The notes beneath the pieces were generated by a model. The model worked only from the letters and a program-made list of their open reading frames with translations. It did not search any database and was not told the DNA's origin. From NCBI GenBank assembly GCA_049521335.1, contig JBEKOX010000001.1, positions 51,719 through 83,718 on the forward strand: DNA of 32,000 nt, in the 5' to 3' direction. Below are positions 25,071 to 32,000 of the stretch, piece by piece. The position numbers and the translations under genes were made by a program. This DNA comes from Chitinispirillaceae bacterium. Its GTDB lineage: Bacteria > Fibrobacterota > Chitinivibrionia > Chitinivibrionales > Chitinispirillaceae. Position 1 is the first letter of the stretch. Each line of letters starts with the position of its first letter.

Positions 25071-25370
25071 ATGGCAGGAAAAAGCTTGACGCAAACACAA
25101 ACCATCGCCAAACTGGCCGAGGCGACGGAACTTTCGAAGAAGCAGGTGAAAGCGCTTCTTGACAACCTGGCAGAAATTGCTTATAAGGAAGCCAAAAACG
25201 GCTTCACGCTGCCGGGGCTGGGCAAACTCGTTCTCGTCAGCCGTAAGGCCAGGACCGGAAGAAATCCCGCTACCGGCGAACCGATCCAGATTCCGGCGAA
25301 AAAAGTCGTGAAATTCCGCGTGGCGAAAGCGGCCAAGGAAGCTATCGGGGGACCGAGTAAGAAAAAGTAA
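25071..25370 (+). CDS. hup: HU/IHF-family nucleoid-associated DNA-binding protein
   Basis: A 99-aa ORF with GFTLPGLGKLVLVSRKARTGRNPATGEPIQIPAKKVVKFRVAKAAKEA, the beta-arm signature R-x-G-R-N-P-x-T-G. GGAG RBS is upstream. Confidence 0.88.
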   Translation: MAGKSLTQTQTIAKLAEATELSKKQVKALLDNLAEIAYKEAKNGFTLPGLGKLVLVSRKARTGRNPATGEPIQIPAKKVVKFRVAKAAKEAIGGPSKKK

Positions 25371-25392
25371 ACAGTTTCAATACATTCATTGA

Positions 25393-25425
25393 AAAGGCCT
25401 CGTTCGTAAGGAGGCCTTTTTATTT
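25393..25425 (+). terminator. Rho-independent terminator after the HU gene
   Basis: The stem pairs aaggcctc (25394-25401) with gaggcctt (25411-25418), with a 9-nt loop. ttttatttg follows. Confidence 0.7.
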
Positions 25426-25671
25426 GCGCGCATTGTCGGCCAGGCCCGTATAGAAACTTTACGGCCTTTTCCCTCGGGCGGCGTATTGAAAGCGGACCCT
25501 CGGGAAAGACGACTTTTGGCAAGAATAATTTTCTCTCCAATAAACTTTGCGACAATTCCTGACCAATAGTATATTATTACTTGACAGAAGTTGATGTTTT
25601 TATGTAACCTCACCCGCTCCCGTAAAGTCATAATACCCGTATACCCGTCCACTTTCAGCAAAGAGGCACGT

Positions 25672-28392
25672 ATGCACCTCACCGGAAACACAGCCCTCTA
25701 TGCCGTAGCAACGCTTGCAGTAGTTACGCATGCTGCACTTGCGGATTTCGCGACCGCCACCGTGGCAACAGGTGAGAATCCCTTTGCCATGGCGGTAAAC
25801 CCGGTTACCAACAAAATTTACGTGGCAAACTACGGCAACAACAACGTAACGGTGATCGACGGGTCGACCAACACGATCGCCACCGTGGCAACGGGAACCC
25901 AGCCGCAGGCCATAGCGGTGAACCCGGTGACCAACAAGATCTATGTGGCCAACTTGAACAGCGCCAACGTAACGGTGATCGACGGAGCGACCGACGATAC
26001 CGCCATCGTGGCGGTAGGTTCATATCCCTATGCCATAGCGGTGAACCCGGTGACCAACAAGGTCTACGTAGCCAACAACGGCAGCGCCAACGTAACGGTG
26101 ATCGACGGGTCAACCAACGCGACCGCCATTGTGGTGACAGGGTATGATCCCTGTGCCGTCACGGTAAACCCGGTGACCAACAAGGTTTACGTGGCTAACT
26201 GGTACAGCAACAACGTAACGGTAATCGACGGATCGACGAATGATACCGCCATCGTGGCGGCAGGCGCACGACCCAATGCCATAGCGGTGAACCCGGTGAC
26301 CAACAAGATCTACGTGGCCAACGACAGCGGCAACACAATAACCGTTATCAATGGGACGACTAATGCCACTACCGTTGTGGCGGCAGGTACGAATCCCTAT
26401 GCCGTGGCGGTGAATCCGGTGACCAATACGGTCTACGTGGCCAACTCCGGCGGCAATAACGTGACGGTCATTAACGGTTCGACCAACGCGACCGCCACCG
26501 TAGCGGCAGGCGCACGACCCTATGCCGTGGCGGTGAACCCGGTTACCGACAAGGTCTACGTGACAAACAGCAACAGCAATAACGTGACGATTATCGACGG
26601 ATCGACCGACGATACCGCCATCGTGGCAACGGGAACCCAGCCGCAGGCCGTGGCGTTGGACCCGGTGACCAACAAGATCTACGTGGCCAATTACTACTAC
26701 TTGAGCGACAACGTGACGGTAATCGATGGTTCAACCAACGATACCGCCACCGTGGCGGCAGGTTCAGCACCCCAGGCTTTAGCAATAAACCCGAAGACCA
26801 ACAAGGTTTACGTAGCCAACAGCGGTGGCTCCACCATAACGGTGATCGACGGGTCGACCAACGCGGCCGACACTGTGGTGGCGGGTAAGTATCCTTGGGC
26901 TGTAGCGGTGAACTCAGTGACCAACAAGGTCTACGTGGCCAACGAAGGCGACTCCACAGTAACAGTTATCGATGGGTCGAACAACACTACCACTACCGTA
27001 GCGACACATGCAAATCCCGAGGCTGTAGCAGTGAACCCGGTGACAAACAAAATTTACGTGGCCAACGAGGGCAGCAGCAGCGTAACGGTTATCGACGGGA
27101 CGACCAACGATACCACCACCGTGGCGGTATGGCCCGGACCCAATGCCGTAGCGGTGAACTCGGTGACCAATAAGGTCTACGTAGCAAACTACGGCAGCGT
27201 CTATTATCACAACGACTCCAATAGAGTAACAGTCATCGACGGATCGACCAACGCAACAAATAACGTGGCGGCAGGTAATGAGCCCGATGCCGTAGCGGTG
27301 AACCCGGTGACCAACAAGGTCTATGTAGCCAACATAGTAAGCAGCACCATAACGATTATCGACGGGTTGACCAACAATACTACCACCGTCACATTGATAC
27401 CATTTTCCTCACCCTCTGCCGTAGCGGTAAACCCGGTGACCAACAAGATCTACGTTTGCAATGGCTACATAACGGTCATTGATGGGGTGACCGATTCGAC
27501 TACCACCGTGGCGGCAGGTAGATATCCCCGTGCCGTAGCGGTAAACCCGGTGACCAATAAGATTTATGTGGCCGACACAGGCGGAATCGTCACCATCATC
27601 GACGGGACAACCAACGCGACCACCACCGTGGCGGCAGGTTCATATCCCATTGCCGTAGAGGTGAACCCCGTTACCAACAAAGTCTACGTAGCCAACGATA
27701 ACAGCAGAAACGTAACGGTTATTAACGATGCGTCGCTGGGAAACACCCAGGTAGCGGCCACCTTTAACCCCTTGCTTATTAACGATCCCACATCATCGGC
27801 CCAGCCGACGCTCACCGGCATGGCAGCCAGCCTGCTCACTCCAGGCCACACGGGTATTGCAGCCGTAGAAGGCAGTATCGGCACTGCTCAGAGTTCTTGG
27901 ACGTCACTCAACATTACCGGGGGGGCAGGCACCACCTCCCTGACATGGAGTTGGAACTGGGGAAGCGATTCGCTGTTGCCGGGAGAGAATTTTCTGTGCG
28001 TGTGGACCGCCGACTCCCAGATGGCCGGAGTCAACAGCTTGGGCATGGGAACCTGCATGACCGGCAATCTCACGGTCTGTCCCGTATACCGGATCTTGCC
28101 GCCGACAGCCACACTCCCCTCCCGTGTTAAATTGGCCAATAAAACCCCATTGCTGAGCATCACTGGCATGGCAGGTATGACGGCCATAGTGCGCTATACC
28201 GTCCCGCGCGCCTGCAAGGTCGCCATGGAGATTTACAGTATGCAAGGCCGCCGTGTGGCGACACTGGTAAACGCGGAGCGGCAACCCGGCAACTACGCGG
28301 TTCCGCTCGCGACGCACCGATTGGCGAGCGGGTCATACGTGCTGTCGTTCAAGGCAGGCGAGTTCACGGACAAACAACGGGTGATCTGGTAG
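25672..28392 (+). CDS. Secreted YVTN-type beta-propeller repeat protein with a T9SS C-terminal sorting domain
   Basis: ATG 25672 follows AAGAGG. The signal peptide is MHLTGNTALYAVATLAVVTHAALA. I count 16 consecutive ~38-48-aa repeats of P-x-A-[VI]-A-V-N-P-V-T-N-K-[IV]-Y-V-A-N-(x5)-V-T-V-I-D-G-S-T-N. The last ~75 aa (RYTVPRACKVAMEIYSMQGRRVATLVNAERQPGNYAVPLATHRLASGSYVLSFKAG) look like a Por secretion tail. Confidence 0.8.
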   Translation: MHLTGNTALYAVATLAVVTHAALADFATATVATGENPFAMAVNPVTNKIYVANYGNNNVTVIDGSTNTIATVATGTQPQAIAVNPVTNKIYVANLNSANVTVIDGATDDTAIVAVGSYPYAIAVNPVTNKVYVANNGSANVTVIDGSTNATAIVVTGYDPCAVTVNPVTNKVYVANWYSNNVTVIDGSTNDTAIVAAGARPNAIAVNPVTNKIYVANDSGNTITVINGTTNATTVVAAGTNPYAVAVNPVTNTVYVANSGGNNVTVINGSTNATATVAAGARPYAVAVNPVTDKVYVTNSNSNNVTIIDGSTDDTAIVATGTQPQAVALDPVTNKIYVANYYYLSDNVTVIDGSTNDTATVAAGSAPQALAINPKTNKVYVANSGGSTITVIDGSTNAADTVVAGKYPWAVAVNSVTNKVYVANEGDSTVTVIDGSNNTTTTVATHANPEAVAVNPVTNKIYVANEGSSSVTVIDGTTNDTTTVAVWPGPNAVAVNSVTNKVYVANYGSVYYHNDSNRVTVIDGSTNATNNVAAGNEPDAVAVNPVTNKVYVANIVSSTITIIDGLTNNTTTVTLIPFSSPSAVAVNPVTNKIYVCNGYITVIDGVTDSTTTVAAGRYPRAVAVNPVTNKIYVADTGGIVTIIDGTTNATTTVAAGSYPIAVEVNPVTNKVYVANDNSRNVTVINDASLGNTQVAATFNPLLINDPTSSAQPTLTGMAASLLTPGHTGIAAVEGSIGTAQSSWTSLNITGGAGTTSLTWSWNWGSDSLLPGENFLCVWTADSQMAGVNSLGMGTCMTGNLTVCPVYRILPPTATLPSRVKLANKTPLLSITGMAGMTAIVRYTVPRACKVAMEIYSMQGRRVATLVNAERQPGNYAVPLATHRLASGSYVLSFKAGEFTDKQRVIW
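25755..27730 (+). repeat. Intragenic tandem repeat array (~126-bp period, about 16 units) encoding the YVTN blades
   Basis: Recurrent near-identical DNA cores, e.g. gcggtgaacccggtgaccaacaag(a/g)tctacgt(g/a)gccaac and aacgtaacggtgatcgacgg. Confidence 0.85.
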
Positions 28393-28456
28393 AGGTACGC
28401 GGGAGATACCTTTTGCAAAGAAGCGGCGGTCGGTATTTAAAGAGGGGAGCTATTTC

Positions 28457-28723
28457 TTAAGAGCAGGTGAATGGTTTTGAAGCGTCCGGTGAAACTGAAA
28501 ATGTTTTTCCTCTATTTTTCTCTTCCCAGCAGCCCCTGAAAGCGGCGGCGTATTTTTGTATCCACTCCGTATAGATTTCATTGAGAGACCGGTCTCGTAG
28601 CGGGTCATACCCCAGTTGTGTCCCCAGAGACCATTTGAATCGCTCCATTTCAGTAATCTGAGCTTTGACGTATTCCTGTAGATCGCACTGGTCCGTCACT
28701 TCCCTACGAAGGTTCTGTTCCAA
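28457..28723 (-). CDS. Hypothetical protein (88 aa)
   Basis: A TTG start at 28723 is preceded by GAGGAG, 6 nt upstream on the minus strand. The sequence ...EMERFKWSLGTQLGYDPLRDRSLNEIYTEWIQKYAAAFRGCW looks like a real folded protein, but I cannot name the family. Confidence 0.4.
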   Translation of the reverse strand: MEQNLRREVTDQCDLQEYVKAQITEMERFKWSLGTQLGYDPLRDRSLNEIYTEWIQKYAAAFRGCWEEKNRGKTFSVSPDASKPFTCS

Positions 28724-29017
28724 ATAAAACTCCTCGTAACATGAAACTCATCAATCGCGAACCCTTATAAATTAATTCCTGCACCAGGAGGGAGTAATTT
28801 TTTTTAATCGTTATTGCAGATGATGCCGGCCGCCGGTGATAGTTCAATTTTTCATGCTATTCAACGTCGGTATTGAAACTTTCACGGCCATGGTTCCATG
28901 ACCCGGGATGGAAAAGGAAGAAGACCCGAGCTTGCCCCGTCCCGGCTGTACGAATTCCGATTATCGCTCGCGTCGAGTTAGTATTTTATTCCCAAGGATC
29001 AAAAGGAGGCGCACTGC

Positions 29018-29965
29018 ATGATTCTTGTTACCGGCGCGGCGGGATTTATCGGATTTCATGTTGCAAAGCAACTGTGCGGAAGGGGCGACGAAGTCCTCGG
29101 GATCGATAACGTGAACTCCTACTACGATCCTTCGCTCAAGGAGGCGAGGCTGGCCATCCTCAAAAGGGATAAACGCTTTTCGTTCAGAAAAATTGATATT
29201 TGCGATAACTCCGGGCTCGACGCGCTTTTTCGGGAGCGCCGCATCGACCGCGTATGCCATCTGGCGGCGCAGGCGGGCGTCCGGCATTCGCTTACCGATC
29301 CCTGGAGCTACCAGAAATCGAATAACGAGGGCTTTTTGAATATCATTGAACTGGTTCGAAAGTACCGGCCGGAGAATTTCGTGTACGCCTCGTCATCGTC
29401 GGTGTATGGTGCAAATACCAAATTACCCTTTTCGGAGGAAGACCCGACCGACAGCCCGCTTTCGCTCTATGCCGCCACGAAAAAAGCCAACGAACTGGTC
29501 GCTACATGTTACCGCCATCTGTATGGCATTCCCTGCGCCGGGTTACGGTTTTTTACCGTTTACGGTCCGTGGGGCCGGCCGGATATGGCGCTCTTCAAGT
29601 TTACCAAGGCGATTCTTGCCGGCGAACTGATCGAAGTCTACAACAACGGGCGCATGCGGCGGAATTTCACCTATATCGACGATATCGTCGCCGGAACGCT
29701 TTGTGCGCTCGACCGGGCGGCGCCCGGCGAAATTTACAATATCGGCAACGACCGGGCCGAACAGCTCATGGATTTTATCGCGGAAATCGAGAAACAATGC
29801 GGGAAAAAAGCCGCGATGCGTTTTCTGCCCATGCAGCCGGGGGATGTGGTCGAAACGGTAGCGGACATAGAAAAGCTCCAAGCGCTCGGCTACCATCCGA
29901 AGACCGATATCGACACGGGAGTGAGGGCGTTTGTCGAGTGGTACCGGGAATATTACCGGGTGTAG
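29018..29965 (+). CDS. NAD-dependent nucleotide-sugar epimerase (extended SDR; UDP-glucuronate 4-epimerase-like)
   Basis: Rossmann motif ILVTGAAGFIGFHV, YASSSSVYG, and the catalytic YAATKKANE (YxxxK). AAAGGAGG RBS is present. Substrate specificity cannot be set from the sequence alone. Confidence 0.8.
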   Translation: MILVTGAAGFIGFHVAKQLCGRGDEVLGIDNVNSYYDPSLKEARLAILKRDKRFSFRKIDICDNSGLDALFRERRIDRVCHLAAQAGVRHSLTDPWSYQKSNNEGFLNIIELVRKYRPENFVYASSSSVYGANTKLPFSEEDPTDSPLSLYAATKKANELVATCYRHLYGIPCAGLRFFTVYGPWGRPDMALFKFTKAILAGELIEVYNNGRMRRNFTYIDDIVAGTLCALDRAAPGEIYNIGNDRAEQLMDFIAEIEKQCGKKAAMRFLPMQPGDVVETVADIEKLQALGYHPKTDIDTGVRAFVEWYREYYRV

Positions 29966-29981
29966 ACAACGCCCTGTTTGT

Positions 29982-32000
29982 TCACCCTTTATCAATCATG
30001 ACATCGATCGGTTTGGCGTTCCAGATCTCCCCGGCGTATTCGGCGATGGCGCGATCCGAGGAGAAAATTCCCATTTTCGCGACATTCAGGATCGACATGC
30101 GCGTCCACGCTTCTGGTTCGCTTTTATAAACAAGCGCCGCCTTGTGCTGGCATTCCGCATAGGCCTCGAAATCGGCCATCACCAGGAAGGGGTCTCCGCC
30201 TGCGAGCAGTGAATCGTGAATCGGCGTGAACAGGTGCGGCTCTTCCGGGCTGAAAAATCCCGAGTTGATGAGATTCATGACCTTCTGAAGAACCGGGCTC
30301 TTCCGGTAGTACTCCCAGGGGTTGTAGCCGCCGGCGCGGAGCTTGTCGATCTCATCCGCACGCAAACCGAAAATAAACATATTTTCCTCGCCGATTTGCT
30401 CGGCCATCTCGACCGTTGCGCCGTCCATGGTGCCGATGGTCAATGCGCCGTTCAGGGCGAATTTCATGTTTCCGGTGCCCGACGCCTCGGTTCCCGCCGT
30501 GGAGATCTGCTCCGAAAGGTCGGCGGCCGGGATAACATATTCGGCGAGCGACACACGGTAGTTGGGCAGAAAGTGGATCCGGAGAAGCCCGGCGGTGGCG
30601 GGATCGTTGTTGATGATGCCGGCGACATTGTTGATGAATTTGATGATGAGCTTGGCCATGAAATACCCCGGGGCGGCCTTGCCGGCGAATATGACGGCCC
30701 GGGGCACGAAATCCTTCGTATCCCCCGCCTTGATGCGGGTGTACAGCGCAATCGTATGCAGGAGGCAGAGCAGTTGCCGTTTGTATTCATGGAGCCGCTT
30801 TACCTGTACGTCGAAGAGCATCGATGTGTCGATGGTCATGTGCTCCCATTTATGCATCTTCCGTGCGAACCGATCCTTCGCCGCGTTTTTAGCCGCTCTC
30901 CATAGTTCCCTGAATGCGGGGTCGTTTGCATGTTCCGCAAGTTTCGAAAGCTCGCCCAGGTTCATCACCCACGCGGGGCCGATCGTTTCGGTGATGAGGT
31001 CGCGCAGGGAGGGGTTTGCCTTGTACAGCCACCGCCGGGGCGAGATGCCGTTCGTTTTGCTGTTGAATTTATGGGGCCACATTTCGAAGAAATCGCGGAC
31101 CAGCCGGTCGCAGAGCAGCCGGGTGTGAAGTTTTGAAACCCCGTTGACGGAATGACTGCCCACGATCGCCAGATACGCCATCCGCACCTGCTGTTCGCCG
31201 CCCTCCTCGATGATGGACATCCGGCGCAGCCGGTCCGTATCACCGGGGAAACGGTACGAAACCTCCCGCAGGAAGCGCGCGTTAATTTCGAAGATGATAT
31301 CGAGGTGGCGCGGCAGCAGGTTGCGCATGATCGACACCGGCCATTTCTCCAGCGCTTCGGGCATGAGCGTATGATTGGTGTAGGCGAAGGTTCCGGTCAC
31401 GAGCGCCCACGCCTCATCCCATTCCAGGTGGTGTTCGTCGAGAAACAACCGCATGAGCTCGACGATGGCAATGGTCGGATGCGTATCATTCAGTTGAATG
31501 GCGACCTTTTCAGCGAAGGCGCGGAAATCACTGTTTACTCCCCGGTAACGCCGGATGATGTCCTGCAGGGAGGCTGAGGTAAAAAAGTGTTGCTGCTTGA
31601 GCCGGAGTTCACGGCCTGAAACATTGTTATCGTTCGGGTAGAGAACCTTGGAAATGTTCTCGCTGACCAGTTTTGACTCGCAGGCACCGATATAGTCGCC
31701 CTGATTGAACTCCTGGAAGTTGAACTCCTCGGCGGCCCGCGCCGACCAGAGGCGCAGGGAGTTGACATTGTTGACCCCGAAACCCGGAATTGGTATGTCG
31801 TACGGAATGGCAAGCACATCGATGGTGTCGATCCACCTGAAGCGCGTTTTTTCGTCATGGTCCTTCACCTGCATGGTCTTTCCGTAGAATTTGATGGTTC
31901 GCTTGAATTCGGGCCGTTCGATCTCCCACGGATTGCGGAACTGAAGCCATGTTTCCGGCACCTCTACCTGGTTGCCGTTCAAGATTTTCTGGTTGAAAAT
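29982..32000 (-). CDS. glgP: Glycogen/maltodextrin phosphorylase (5' end runs off the window at 32000)
   Basis: The frame stays open to position 32000 (IFNQKILNGNQVEVPETWLQFRNPWEI...). The PLP-lysine region is EASGTGNMKFALNGALTIGTMDGA. The track start at 31982 is an internal TTG. Confidence 0.92.
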   Translation of the reverse strand: MFNQKILNGNQVEVPETWLQFRNPWEIERPEFKRTIKFYGKTMQVKDHDEKTRFRWIDTIDVLAIPYDIPIPGFGVNNVNSLRLWSARAAEEFNFQEFNQGDYIGACESKLVSENISKVLYPNDNNVSGRELRLKQQHFFTSASLQDIIRRYRGVNSDFRAFAEKVAIQLNDTHPTIAIVELMRLFLDEHHLEWDEAWALVTGTFAYTNHTLMPEALEKWPVSIMRNLLPRHLDIIFEINARFLREVSYRFPGDTDRLRRMSIIEEGGEQQVRMAYLAIVGSHSVNGVSKLHTRLLCDRLVRDFFEMWPHKFNSKTNGISPRRWLYKANPSLRDLITETIGPAWVMNLGELSKLAEHANDPAFRELWRAAKNAAKDRFARKMHKWEHMTIDTSMLFDVQVKRLHEYKRQLLCLLHTIALYTRIKAGDTKDFVPRAVIFAGKAAPGYFMAKLIIKFINNVAGIINNDPATAGLLRIHFLPNYRVSLAEYVIPAADLSEQISTAGTEASGTGNMKFALNGALTIGTMDGATVEMAEQIGEENMFIFGLRADEIDKLRAGGYNPWEYYRKSPVLQKVMNLINSGFFSPEEPHLFTPIHDSLLAGGDPFLVMADFEAYAECQHKAALVYKSEPEAWTRMSILNVAKMGIFSSDRAIAEYAGEIWNAKPIDVMIDKG

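Noticed and set aside
25755-27730. A regular ~126-bp repeat array that could superficially suggest a CRISPR or satellite locus.
   Set aside because: The repeats are in frame within one long ORF and translate to YVTN beta-propeller blades. There is no repeat/unique-spacer alternation, so it is not a CRISPR array.

Overview
This window is an origin-proximal chromosomal segment from a bacterium with roughly 55-65% GC, by my hand counts on sample stretches. A T9SS-type C-terminal sorting domain and a bacterial GGGP-synthase homologue suggest the FCB group; this is inference only. The core genes are clear. On the minus strand: yidC (partial), yidD, rnpA and rpmH. Then dnaA, an AT-rich dnaA-dnaN spacer with DnaA boxes (candidate oriC), dnaN and a ferritin-like/VIT1 metal transporter. 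Further right: a GGGPS-like gene overlapping alaS, then recA, glgB, an MA-clan metallopeptidase, a long-form glyA, HU, a 906-aa YVTN-repeat T9SS cargo protein, an SDR epimerase and glgP (partial). Between the VIT1 gene and the GGGPS/alaS operon (about 5.98-14.9 kb) lies a compositionally patchy accessory island. It holds a Type III restriction-modification pair (mod/res), whose mod gene has a ~40% GC central block. It also holds a very AT-rich, translationally coupled two-gene cassette (74-aa zinc-ribbon protein plus a purine-PRTase-like::GNAT fusion) that I cannot assign to any described system. The rest of the island is a HigB/HigA-like toxin-antitoxin pair with a duplicated operator-like repeat, a repeat-dense non-coding stretch with a possible ATPase gene remnant, and a small outer-membrane beta-barrel gene bracketed by ~85-97 bp direct repeats. 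The zinc-ribbon/PRTase-GNAT cassette next to the R-M and TA modules is my best candidate for a previously undescribed, possibly defence or toxin-like system. All functional calls come from motif recognition by eye in the supplied translations; no database search was possible.
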